Position numbers and translations under genes: made by a program. Under the pieces are notes generated by a model. It saw nothing but the letters and a program-made list of their open reading frames with translations, did not search any database and had not been told where the DNA came from. A stretch of DNA of 59,384 nucleotides, filler included, from Sphacelaria rigidula (Eukaryota), in NCBI GenBank assembly GCA_964200075.2. It is 10 parts of 10 records of this genome, joined end to end, with 100 filler letters (N's around TTAATTAATTAA, not from the genome) between each part and the next. Parts side by side here need not be neighbours in the genome. Positions count along the whole stretch, not along the records: positions 47,590 to 53,437 come from CAXNAA020023996.1; positions 53,538 to 59,384 come from CAXNAA020023997.1; 8 more parts are not named here. The stretch is one strand, 5' to 3'. Of this stretch, positions 48,250-59,384 are shown piece after piece; position 1 is the stretch's first letter, and the number at the start of each line of letters is the position of its first letter.

Positions 48250-51200
48250 TTAGGCGAGGTAGTTGTACGCACGTCTGGCGCACCAAAAAAAATAAGCACC
48301 AAAATGGTTGGAAAATACAACCGACGGAGGCACGAGATTGGCAAGGGGGGGGCGAGAGGGCGGACGGAGGGAAGTACCGTGCTTAGTTTCTTTGAGTTTG
48401 TAACATGAGGTGCCGAGAAAAGTAGAGCAGAAGCGATGAAATTCTGAGGCATTTTGCACCGAGTACAGATGAATAAATCCGCCTGTTGAGTCGAAACGAG
48501 CAGCAGACAAACAAAAAAGTGGTTCCGCAATATACCCAAAGAGAGAAAAGGCGGAGGTTGCGATATCCACTGAAACTTTACTGTCGAGAAGAACTTCCCT
48601 CGGCCCGCCCCCTCCCTCCCCGACGCGCATCGAGTAGGTATGAGCACATCCGCCGTTCAGGTCGACACGGACAGCAGACAAGCAGACAGGTGGGAAATAG
48701 TTCCGCAACATATGAAAAAAAAAGGAGTGAGATGATATCCACCAAAACTTCACCGTTGGGAAGAACGTTCCCTGGTCCGTACCACCCCCCTCTTCCGCAT
48801 TCCCTCCCCCTCACCTGTCGCCACGGTCCCGTTCCAGGTATTCTCGGTCAATAAGGCTCTCGATGCGCGATTTGATCACGTGTGGAGACGGCACGAATCG
48901 GCTCGAAAGCTGGCGTGTTACCTACGTGTTTTCACGTAAAATACGATACGAGAAATAGCAAAACAAAAAAGGAGATCGGGGCGTGGGGGATATAAAAAAA
49001 GGGGGCGCGGGGGGTGTACTCATGATCATGCATGCCGTGATCATGAGACCTTTGACCTCGCATACAAAGCCGGGACGGAGCACACCGGGTTTTTGACGGA
49101 CCAGGCTCGCACTCAATCACCAAGCGCGAAGCGCCGTGATGTGTTCGGCGAATCGCATGAAGGGTGAGCTGTATCCTGCTAGACATTGTTCGGCCCGAAG
49201 CCTACTGATTATCTTGCATTTGGATTACATACAGCCTGCAACGAGCTGCTTCATTATCCGGCATCACTACTTTCGGCGACAGTCACGGCTTATGCACTGC
49301 CTTGTAGGTGTTTAACCATTTACACACTACGTAGGGCGATCATTCCTATTGTGAGGAGTTGAGGTTCCTTCACGCTGCACAACATGATCTAGCCCGACTA
49401 CCATCATGATTACCGCAACAACAACAAAAAAAGCCAAGCGCGCAAAAACAAAAATCGATAACCTGGTTGCCTATCTCACGTAATGAGTGGCGTGTTTTAC
49501 AGCGCCATCGCCACCCGACGCCAACCCCCATCGGAGGTCCACCCCTACAAAGCCGGGACGGAGCACGCCGGGTTCTCGCCGGACCAGGCTGAGGGGGGTG
49601 GGGGGGCACGATCTGTGATCCGGGATCCAGAACGTAGGATCCAGGATTCCCGAAGAATAAGACATATCATCACTACAAGAACGCTGAAAACTGACTAGCG
49701 CCAGCACCCAGTACAGTAAGAAAAATAAACAAGCAAAGGAAACAGATTTATGACTCATCGATCGTGCAATATCGCAATCGAGTGTTCCTTCATGAAATAG
49801 ACCGCACGCTCGGCGGCATTAGCTAGAGGAATACAACGATAGAGCACAGGACAATGACGCGTGGGAGATGCCATTAAATTAACGCAAACATGCAACATGA
49901 CCCCACAACCCAGTACACGATAATTGTATCTCTTGGGAATATACACGACCTGCCTCACGCAATCTTGATACATCAACGAACCAATCCTCCGTATCACCAA
50001 AAAAAACTACTAGACCCCGCCCCGCCCCTCCGAATGATCTTAGCAGGGTGCAGCTCACCTTGCATGCGACTCGCCAAACACACCACGGCGCTTCGCGCTT
50101 GGTAATTGAGTGCGAGCCTGGTCCGGCGAAAACTCGGCGTGCTCCATATCGGCTTTGAAGGGTTGCGAGGTCAATGGTCTCATGACAATCACATGCATAA
50201 TCATGAGTACACCCCGCCCCTCCCAAAAAATAAACAAACGAATATCAAAGACTAGAAATGAACATGCGCCTTGTCCATCGCGCTTGACCCTCACCTCTGC
50301 TACTAGCTCATTGTGCCGGAGACTTTTCCGCGCCTTCATGATGCGCACCACCGCCGCTTCCGTCAGATGTCTGAGTACAAGTCCACATTTCATCAACCAG
50401 GGGCCGAAAAAAAAGGTTGGTTTTTCTCATCTTTATTCACGGCGTGACAAAGCAAGTTGGGGCAAACACACAAAAAGAAAAATAGTCCAGTATTCACCAA
50501 AAGCGAAGAGTTGTTCTTACAACATAACTCAATATATCGGAGCGCGCCCCAACACACGTTTCGCCTCGCGTATGGATCTCGCTCGAGGGTAACAAAAAAA
50601 CATGATTGTGACCAGACTCTAGACTCTAGTCTTGCCTTTCGGTCGTCACCCGAACACCAACCAACACGGGATTTCACAAATTGGGGATGGGTGTTTTTTT
50701 GAGAATAAAAAGCACGGAAAATTAAAATCTTCGTATCAACACCAAATCGTCGAAATATAGTTCCATTTATTCACTTGCTGGTAGCAATTGACAACTACTA
50801 CACGCGATACAAATTTGGATTTCGATAACCGAAATATTGGGGTATTAGGTGAAGAAACAATTTAGGGGAATTTCAGCCATCTGGTAAATTCCCCAAAAAT
50901 AGTCTTCACCTAGGACCACAAAAGGTCGGTCATCAGGATCCAAATTTGTATAGCTTGTAGTAGTTGTCAATAGTCACCAGTAGAAGAAGGAGTGGGACCA
51001 TATTTCGAAGATTTGGTGTGGACACGAATATTTTAATTCTACGGGTTCTCGTCCTTAATGAAACATCCATCCCCAATTTGTGAAATCCCGTGTTGACCAC
51101 TTTAAGAACACCAACAAAGTAATCCCACGACGAAGGGGAGGGGGAGGGGGGGGGAGCGTACTCATTTGTTGCTTGCCTTAGTCATTTGACCACTGACCAC

Positions 51201-52348
51201 GCATCCCTTTCGAGACGGACCCACGACGAAGGGGACAGATGTTCATCGAACCATCTTCTCCCTCGAAGGAAAGCCACTCTGGAGCGTCGATGATGACACT
51301 AAACTACACGTGAACGCTCTCGATAGCGTCAAGATCAACACACGTAGTCAACACCCGCCTGACAACGTTTTACTTCGTGCAACCAAGCATCCCCCTCCCC
51401 CCCAAACCTCCTTCATGGAATCTCCGCCGATCCACCGATATCAGCACCGGTATCACTGCCACTAATCACAACGAGACCATCATTACCGCTTCCACTTCAA
51501 AAATATCGTCCACTGCCGAACGATCGCCGCGGACTCACCGGCACCAGCACCAGCACTACTGCCACCAATCACAACGTCACCATCATCACCGCTTCTACTC
51601 TCAAAATACCCCCTTAGTTATAGGATATCTGCCAATCCACCGGCAGAAGCACCAGCACTACTGCCACCAATCAAAATATAATCATCACCACCGCCAACAC
51701 GCAGAAAGTCAGCAAGCACTACGGTAAGCGCAAAAATGCCCATGCTTTTTCTAGCTCATGTATGCTCTCCATCTCCGCTCAAAGGATAAGGAGTAGATAG
51801 GTCGGTACGAGAGCAGCGAAGCGAACAAGGACTCGAATCACCGTCTCGCGGAGCGGGGAGGAGAGGGGTTGTGCCGAACTCATGATACTGTAGAAAGCTT
51901 GTGGGAGAAGTATACGATTATTCAGTTCAGTTACACGAGTGGTAACGTAGCTGAAAGCCAAAACAAAATTCAGGTACTGTACCAACACTGTATTCTGAAC
52001 TAACCCCACCCCCCTCCCTTTCCTCCGTCTCGAAAGGGATGCGCAGTCAATGGTCAAACGACCAAGTCAAGCAACAAATGAGTACCCCCCCCCTCCCCCC
52101 CCCTCCCCCTCCCGGCACACCAAGCACCACTTCAACATCACCACCATCATAGCACGTACTCGACATACTGTACGTGGATAATTTAAAACGTACCTCCTGT
52201 CTTCCTCCACGGCAGGCGGGAGCGCCTGTGTCGCCGGCCCCGACGCGGAATCCTTCACGCTCACCAGCGGTATCCGCACACGCTTCAGCTTGGACGTGAA
52301 GTCGCGGTTGAACGAGAAAGTGTCATCCGGACCCGAGATCCCCTTGCC
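48250..52348 (-). CDS. CUL3: Cullin-3-like protein, C-terminal part; exons 52348-52194, 50370-50295, 48921-48815, 48274-48250
   Basis: Spliced product ...[17 protein letters not shown]...[74 protein letters not shown] contains the neddylation motif VRIMK. Phases are consistent. The CUL3 subtype is judged by resemblance. Confidence 0.93.
48480..48810. repeat. Diverged intronic tandem duplication, period ~175 nt
   Basis: CAGCAGACAA...GTTCCGCAA...GATATCCAC..AAACTT...GAAGAAC occurs twice. Confidence 0.7.
49001..49193 (-). mobile_element. Poly(C)-tailed element P2, ~180 nt
   Basis: Reverse complement aligns end to end with 50030-50211. A further P2 fragment lies at ~49546-49590. Confidence 0.85.
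49268..49505 (+). repeat. Dispersed repeat R, second copy
   Basis: Homologous to 19621-19846. Confidence 0.75.
50030..50211 (+). mobile_element. Poly(C)-type element P2 with 12-bp TSD CCCCGCCCCTCC
   Basis: TSD at 50020-50031 and 50212-50223; the element ends ATCATGAGTACA. Confidence 0.88.
50662..51095. mobile_element. Foldback MITE, CAACACGGGATTTCACAAATTGGGGATGG...CCATCCCCAATTTGTGAAATCCCGTGTTG
   Basis: Perfect 29-bp terminal IR, with imperfect arms continuing to a small central loop near 50877. Confidence 0.92.
51140..51219 (-). mobile_element. Poly(C)-LINE 3' end P1 with 16-bp TSD
   Basis: CCCACGACGAAGGGGA at 51124-51139 and 51220-51235; extra G tract at 51140-51154. Confidence 0.93.
51440..51700. 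repeat. Intronic minisatellite, about three units of 85-105 nt
   Basis: GCACC(A/G)G...CTGCCAC(C/T)AATCA...CATCA..ACCGC repeated three times. Confidence 0.75.
52023..52097 (+). mobile_element. Poly(C)-LINE 3' end P1 with degenerate ~15-bp TSD
   Basis: CTCCGTCTCGAAAGGGATGCG...GCAACAAATGAGTAC followed by a C tract; flanks CCCCCCTCCCTTTCC / CCCCCCTCCCCCTCC. Confidence 0.88.
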
Positions 52349-52580
52349 CTGCAGGCCCCGCCATGCACAGCAGAAACCAAGTTCGTGCGTGAGCGGGGAA
52401 GAGGGAAGAGAGAGGGAGGAAAAAATATCACACCGTAGATTCTACTGTCAAAAATGTACTGTGTAATGTATGAAATATTTTGTCTGATGCAATAGGCACA
52501 ATAGTTGATACTGTACGTAGTACACTTCTTGACTGTGTATTCCTTTGTCCAGGGAGTGAAAAATATACATAAAATATATA

Positions 52581-52994
52581 CTTCCTCTGTCCCATAAGTA
52601 AAGGTACCTCAATTTGTACGGGCCCTCAACGATGTCCGGTCGGGGTTTTTTTTTGTAATGAACTCCACGGTATTTTTGGGCCAGGAAAATGTGTCTAAAA
52701 TTTGCAGCTCGTGCTTGAACCGTGCCGCCGAACGGCTGCAAAAAAATTAGCCGGCCCAAAAATGGCCGTTTCTTGCTCCTTTTCTTCCCCTCGAAAAGTG
52801 GCAAAAAACGGCCATTTTTGGGCCGACTAATTTTTTTGCAACCGTTCGGCGGCACGGTTCAAGCACGAGCTGCAAAATTTAGACACATTTTCCTGACCGA
52901 AAAAACATCGTGAAGTCCATAAAAAAAAAAAACGATCGGACATCGTTGAGGGCTCGTACAAATTGAGGTACCTTTACTTATGGGACAGAGAAAG
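52581..52994. mobile_element. Stowaway-like (Tc1/mariner) foldback MITE, TA TSD
   Basis: TA|CTTCCTCTGTCCCATAAGTAAAGG...CCTTTACTTATGGGACAGAGAAAG|TA, with arms of ~200 nt. Confidence 0.93.
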
Positions 52995-53315
52995 TACATA
53001 TCTAGTCATACATGAATACTTTGAAGCCCCATCTTGTCTGCATGACACATACAACATAAATACTCTCCTGGGCTTTTCCCACAGCCACCCGGCTGTGACC
53101 TCATCAGCATCCTTCCTCATGAAATAGGCGGTGGTATGGCTTCGATTCTACTTTACTTCTCTCAGTGCTCTCGCAGCTACCTTCCATCCTTCAAGGGGGC
53201 GAGGGGGCGGGAGGATGCTTGCTTGCGTTGCGCAGAATAATGTAGCAAAAGCGTATATCCTGCGGTGTGCGTGTTTCGTCGTTCCAAGTAAGAAGGAAGA
53301 GTGAGCACGGGGGGG

Positions 53316-53382
53316 CGTACTCATTTGTTGATTGCCTTAGTCATTTGACCATTGACTACGCATCCCTTTCGAGACGGAGCAC
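53316..53382 (-). mobile_element. Poly(C)-LINE 3' end P1 with 13-bp TSD GAGCACGGGGGGG
   Basis: TSD at 53303-53315 and 53377-53389. GAGCAC is shared between element and target (5' microhomology). Confidence 0.9.
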
Positions 53383-53537
53383 GGGGGGGGGGGGGTGGAA
53401 GGGGCGCGCGTTTATACTCCGTGTATCATCTTCGCGTNNNNNNNNNNNNNNNNNNNNNNNNNNNNNNNNNNNNNNNNNNNNTTAATTAATTAANNNNNNN
53501 NNNNNNNNNNNNNNNNNNNNNNNNNNNNNNNNNNNNN

Positions 53538-53616
53538 GTGGAAGGATGTCTGACACACCTATGAGCCTCGTTTTTCGTGCAACCAAATACCCCCCCTCCC
53601 TGTCGTAGGATGACTC
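53538..53616 (-). mobile_element. Terminus of TIR family C
   Basis: Reverse complement of 5776-5849; ends ...CCCTGTCGTAGGATGACTC. Confidence 0.75.
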
Positions 53617-53719
53617 CCAAAAAATACGTTTTTTATCTAAAACCAAGTAGTTATAGTAGGAGTTTGCCTGTTTCAACTCACGCCCTCGTACAAACGCGCA
53701 AAACTTGACGCCGTCATTA

Positions 53720-54357
53720 GCAGTTAGATCCTATAACTTTGCACTAATGTGCTATGGGTCATTACGCAACTTTCGATGGACGATTTCTTTTCACGTTTTC
53801 ACTTTTTTACCGTTCTTCGGGAGTCCGACGGGATCCAAGACGTTTTTCGAAGAAGTCTCCACTCTGGGATCCCTGAAGAGGGGCCCTGCTATATTTTCTT
53901 CATTTTTCTAGCAAACGAGCTGTCGCCGCATAACCCAAAAAAGGGCCCCACAAAGTTTCGTGGCCGAGCTCGATTACTTCATGCTTCAATTTTCATGTTC
54001 GCGTCGAAGAAGGCTCAAAAACGCGATCTTCGCACTGAAATAAAGTAGTTTCCGGTTCCACCGTGGTGCGGAAAAGTTCATCGCACAAGCGCGCAAAAAG
54101 TATCGCTGTTTTGAGGAATTAGATCCTGAAATTTTGCTTGAATATGCTATGGATCATTACGCAAGTATGAATAAACGAGGTTTCTACTTTTTTTTTCTTC
54201 ATCGTTTTTCGAAGGTCTAACGGAATCCAAGTTTCCCCGAAAAAACTGATATCCCCGACAAACGGTTAAGGAAATCAAGAAGTGCAAAAAATATCCACCC
54301 TCGAAAGTTGCATAATGACCCATAGTACATTTGCGCAAACTTTCAGGGTCTAACTCC
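53720..54357. mobile_element. Old TIR element (~57-bp imperfect TIR) with an internal repeat of its left end at ~54115; possibly Kolobok-like
   Basis: GCAGTTAGATCC...CTATGGGTCATTACGCAACTTTCGA versus TCGAAAGTTGCATAATGACCCATAG...GGTCTAACTCC. Flanks ATTA/TTAC may be a decayed TTAA. Confidence 0.7.
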
Positions 54358-54853
54358 TTACAACGGCGTGAAGTTTTGCCGATAAGTGTTTTTAGTTGGA
54401 TAAACGTGAACCAGCCTGTAGGAGTGCTGTGCCAACAACGCTGCGCCACAAAGGCATCGTGATCGTGTTGATCGCATACATTTGCTGCCTACACTCAACG
54501 CTGCACAGTCCCAAAATCTACAGTAATGTCGTTTGAGCACGCACCCCATGCGATCACGTTGTTTTTAGGCAGCGGGGTTAATGATGCCGCTGTACTGTGA
54601 TCAGCAGAACACTCGGCAGCGCTGACGTTGGTGGCTGGTACATGTTGGGCTCTGGGGGCTGAATACAAGTCTTTCATAGATTGACGTTGACGCAAACGTC
54701 CCGGCCAGGACATTCGGTTACCTACGGGTTAGTGGGACTCAGGCATTTGATGGCATCTGTCGTTTTCATACAGAGAAAGTGTTTTCCAAAAACTAGAAAA
54801 CACCTCAACATTGTAAAACGGCTCGACTCTCGTCAACTTTGATATAACAGTAC

Positions 54854-57800
54854 CTGCTTGGAGTATGCCAACATCGCGCTGCGCTCAGTCGGCCGCCAGA
54901 TGATACATACGGCTGTTAGCATGCAGAAGTTGAGAATCTATGCGAGACGGTGGAGAATGAGGGACCGAGCACAACAAAGGGGACACGCGAAGGTATCACG
55001 TGACTATCGAGGACACCAAAATTCAGGCTGGCCGTGAAACGCACCTAACACAGCATAGCGGCACCGTCAGCTGCAAAGAGCGGGCCTAAATCATGGCGCG
55101 AGCAAAACGCGGGTAGAATACAGGGTTGGCTAACGCCTTCAAGCCTGCCATACCAACGTTTCTTCAGCGTCAACAAACGCACCGCACAGCTTTATAACCC
55201 CAGCCAAACATACCTCCCATGACACCACTTGTGTCCATTCCCATTTCCATTGCCAGCTCTGTTCATGTGAACCGTCGGCCGCTAGCATCATGATCGTCAA
55301 GGTGGTGAAGAGAGTCACGAACGTCCCCAGTGTCCAGGCAAGCGCCCTGTACATGTTAAGCTTGTATGTTTCGTTTGTTTCGTGCAGCTCCTGGCGAGAA
55401 CAAGGAAACCGACAGTCGTTTCAGTTGACAGCGAGGATGCAGCGTGTGCGTATGTATTCATCAATTGAGTAGACGGGAAGAAACAAACCGAAGTGGTTCA
55501 TGTCTGCGAAAGTCGGTACACGATCAACGTATGCCAAACCCCGAGCCTGCTCTGCAAGGGTAAGTATCCACCAGTCAAAAATGAAGCACTGATGCTTGGC
55601 AATCTGTGAAGGCCAAGACAATCGATAATCCACTAACCTTAATCATATTGGAGAGAGTCCCATCTGCCGAATGAACGAGCACGGTGAACAACGGACGAAT
55701 CGCGAGCATGAGGACCTACCTTTGCACCAAGCATGCAAATATGATCGGGTACCCCAGTTGTGGATGCGCTGTGCTAGTTTCTATGCGCACATGCTATCGT
55801 GATCGGTGCAGGAAGGCTGCAAAGTGGAAAATGATCAGCATAACACAGTTACAGCAACAAATCGCATCACTAGTGTACGGCCTACATATCCAGGTGAGGA
55901 AGATCATGTCCGTCAAGAGAGCTGGGACCGCCAGTAACGGGTCTGCTTCTCGGGAGCGACGGTCACCCACTTCCGTCGCCGAGGCAACCGAGGACGCCAG
56001 CTGCAGGACACCTGGTGCAACAACCAGGCGATGTGTTTGGCACGCGCTCGCCGTGTGAGGAACAACAGCATCCGCAGAGGTCACGGCATCATATCAAACA
56101 CCGGTTTGGATGGAGCATGCACACAAATCGCCTACTGTTTGCGCACTGACCTGATCCCAGGAAGGCGGCCGTCAGAGTGACGACGCAGACCTTTTCCCTC
56201 TTGTCCAGTCTGCGTACTCCAAGTTAAGTACAAGTGGTGCAAGGTGCAAGTGCATACGGTGGCGGAGGGGAAACTCAAGTTCTGTGCCGTGAAAATTGAA
56301 CAAGCACCGAAAAATACACACCTCTGCCTTGCAGCATGGTGGTTCGTGACAGCCATGATTTCGAGGGAGTCTGATCGATTCCCGAGGTGGCTCCAACCCA
56401 TACATGAATGACGTCAACTGGAACGACATCATGTGCATACGTAAAGAGTATTTAGTGGGTGAAAGTGGGCAACAGACTCCATTCGAACGGATGTTGCGAC
56501 ATTTCCCCCTTGTGCCAGAGACAACGGCCGACACATCATCACCATTGTAAATACTATGATACTACGATACGGACTGCTGCGACTCACTCGACACGTGTGA
56601 TGCCGTAACCGAGGCAGATCATCAAGAGCAGGAAGCGGCTTGTGGTTCTTCGCAGTACCTCCATGATCATCGCCAGAACAACTGAACCAGGGTAGGGGCA
56701 GCAATACGGTTCACCTGGAGGTTGCGGGGGGACGAGAGACAACCGGGACATCGGTCGCGACGAATACACTCACGTGACTTGAAGAACGAACAGAACGGAC
56801 ACGTTCGAATCTGTGGTCAAATTCATCCGTCGAAATCGCAGATAGTTCGAAGATGGGGCGGAAAATGCTCCCAGTACGATAAAAGGCAAACTATCAGGTA
56901 AATCTCGACTCTGCTCCTTTACAATACTCGTACAACAACACACAGGGTGAGATTATCGCCGTATCACCGCTCACCCGTGTTGTTCATGCGCAGATAGGCC
57001 GACAACCAAGATGCTGCTTCAAACGTGCCGAGAACAACCACCCCAAATATCATGTAGTGGACGGGGAGTACTGTGAGACGATGTCGCCGCATCACCAATC
57101 CGAAGAATGTTCCAAGAGCGAGGGACGCCAGAACCCGGAAAATCTCGAACGGAATGCAACCATAGTCCATTCCCTGCTCGCAGTGGGAGGACAGCAGCAG
57201 AACGCGTCAGTAGGCGTGAAAAAATACATGAGCACCGAACTCACGCGCAGCGCGGCCAAGCAGCGTCTCAAGTCTTGGAGGGGTGAACAGTGCCTGATGC
57301 GATTCGAGGACAAGGCACGCACATGCATAGCTGTTGACCATCACAATGACGGTGCCTCGAAAGACGTGTGAGGTCAAGGCAGATAAAACTCACCGGCATG
57401 TAACCGTAAGGGTTTCGGAATGTTAGCTCGCCCTCGGCCGTGATGCTATGCACTTCGATGCCGACGGGGCACAGCTGGAAGAACACGTTATGAAGGCCCG
57501 CCTCGTCAACGTCACGGTGAGCCAAGACATCGGCAACAAATTTCTTGTCGTCGCCCTCGCCAGTGGCGGAGGCGACGAAGGTATGAACTTCCACCTGTGT
57601 CAGCGGCCAGGCATATGGGACACTCACTTGTTACGTACGGAGAATGGCCTCCGGGGTGCACCATTCACTTTCAGCACCTTTTATGCTGATGTACGGAGAC
57701 CCCGCATTTACGAGGTAGATGGACACAATCGTAACCCACACCGAGTACAACCACTTACTGTCCTTCGTGTTTGCCAAGCACCACAACGTTTCAAACACAT

Positions 57801-58351
57801 GCCATCTGCGGCCACGTCCGTGGCCCTCGTTGTACATGAAGAGACCGCAACTCGACGGATTGCAATTGATGAGTGGGTCAACACTGCGAAGTAGCAAAGG
57901 TTGATCAACTCAGGCTTCTCTAGATGGCGTGAAGTATGTTTTCCCCCCCAATGTACGCGACAAACTGTTCAAACAGAGCTGTGCTTTCCCCCCGAGTCGC
58001 CAACACGCCATCGGGGACTATTGTCTTTATTCTGAACGAGAGATAAAAGCGGTCCGCTATTTTTTCTATTGGCCAAACAGGAAATCCTGAGCGCCTCACG
58101 TACAACCAGTGTACTACTTGTGAGGAGAAAATATGAGCTAGTTTCCCTGTGCTAAGGTCACTTCAAGGCAGGGGATTCCGTAGGCTCAACCTCCCAACTT
58201 TTCTCCGGAACAGGAACCTACATCCATGAAGTGATTTGGGACGGCTGGCCGTGACGGGCAGATGTTGAGGGACTCATCGATAAAGTCCCGCACGTCTGAG
58301 CGGTAGAACATGACGCTCACGTTGAAGCTTCTGGTGCTCGTGCTGACAGGG
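54854..58351 (-). CDS. GOST/Lung-7TM family protein (TMEM87/GPR107-like), partial; exons ~58351-58222, 57594-57394, 57173-56975, 56714-56588, 56209-56151, 56011-55886, 55663-55638, 55390-55214, 54937-54854
   Basis: Phase-consistent GT-AG splicing gives FRNPYGYMPG, LPVHYMIFGVVVLG, RRTTSRFLLLMICLGYGI, TYKLNMYR, WQWKW and IIWRPTERSAMLAYSKQ, all typical of this family. Confidence 0.92.
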
Positions 58352-59384
58352 CTGCGCGTCCGAAAATCCAATCACAACACCAGACAATGCGGGAAGTAGA
58401 GTTAAAATGCCGAATACCATGGCTTGTGTGTGAGGTGCGCTGGCAAAGCGGGCAGCGGCACTCGGTGATCCAAGCTGTCATTATCAGTGCGGGTGTGTGT
58501 TAGATCCGCTTTGGAGATTTCAAGCAGAACAGTTCTAAGACATTTGACACTGTGTTCGACCCCAAAACGAAAAAATATCGTAACCACGTGCCTTGGACAT
58601 GATGTAAGGTATACATCACTTCTCAGTGAGAGGAGTCTAACCCGCGTTTCGGAACGCTCGATTCCGAGGTGTCGGAAACCGTCTCTGAACAGAAATCCAA
58701 CCCGAAACACAAACATAGTGAAGACGCAGAATTTTTGCAACAATTGCTGCACATAACATTTCCTTGCTTCCGGTTGGATGATTTGTTCAGTGGCCGTTCT
58801 CGATACATCGGAGCCAAGCGCTTAAAAAAAGCGGGTTAGACTCTCCTCATTTAGGTGATGCACACAAGTAGTGTCCGACATACGAGGTGATGATAGTTCC
58901 TGTTCTCGGGTCAGAAACAGAGTCAAATGCTCCCCCACTATTTTCCGCATCCCCGTGACAAGCGGCCCCAATTTCCACCCTCACCGAACGTAGGTACAGT
59001 ATGCCAAATACTCTAATGGCGATGTTCATTCAGACTTTGATGGTGCACCTGCACCACTATCCTCCACGCTTCTGTCGCTCTTGATGACGTCATGACCTGC
59101 TCGTATGACTCGGGTTAAGTACGATTGAAGATTAAAGCCTCTGAGACCCCTGACTAGTAAACATGAATGCCAATCTCGCTCTAGCCGTACGCGTCATACG
59201 TCCCAGCGAGGACGAGTCTGATTTGAGAATCACACGAATCATTCGGAGGGTGACAGCTCGTACGACTCACTCTCAAGAGTCAGTCAGACGTGGACTCGTT
59301 CCCCGTGTGCCAACCTTGCATGGTTAGGACAAATCATCACGACTCAAAATCACCAAATTCACGATTTCTTCGGCCTGATTGCCC

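Noticed and set aside
52448..52913. Identical ORF starts (MPPNGCKKISRPK) on both strands
   Set aside because: A consequence of the palindromic MITE, not genes.

Overview
The window is not one locus. It is ten unrelated ~5.85-kb contigs (1-5849, 5950-11798, 11899-17747, 17848-23696, 23797-29645, 29746-35593, 35694-41541, 41642-47489, 47590-53437, 53538-59384) joined by artificial 100-nt spacers (N44-TTAATTAATTAA-N44). The DNA is eukaryotic, intron-rich and repeat-rich; a brown alga or other stramenopile is my inference from gene style. Host genes reconstructed by hand from GT-AG sites and codon phase: a Sec7-domain ARF-GEF (4 exons), the C-terminus of a cullin-3-like protein (4 exons), a TMEM87/GPR107-type 7-TM protein (9 exons), a Cys-rich repeat protein exon and an FHA-domain exon. 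Most other recognisable sequence is mobile DNA: Copia remnants, an RTE LINE with a (TCAA)n tail, a hAT remnant split by a piggyBac-like insertion, several MITE families, and a decayed intron-containing XPG-nuclease/Cys-finger gene resembling AcademX transposons. The most striking signal is an APE-RT LINE whose ORF stops 5 nt before a poly(C) tail rather than poly(A). About ten short copies of its 3' end, in two subfamilies, sit in C/G homopolymer tracts, and several have 12-16 bp target-site duplications that end in a G run. This points to a poly(C)/G-tract-primed retrotransposition system that also inserts into the G-rich TIRs of a MITE family. All family assignments come from motifs read by eye; no database search was run.
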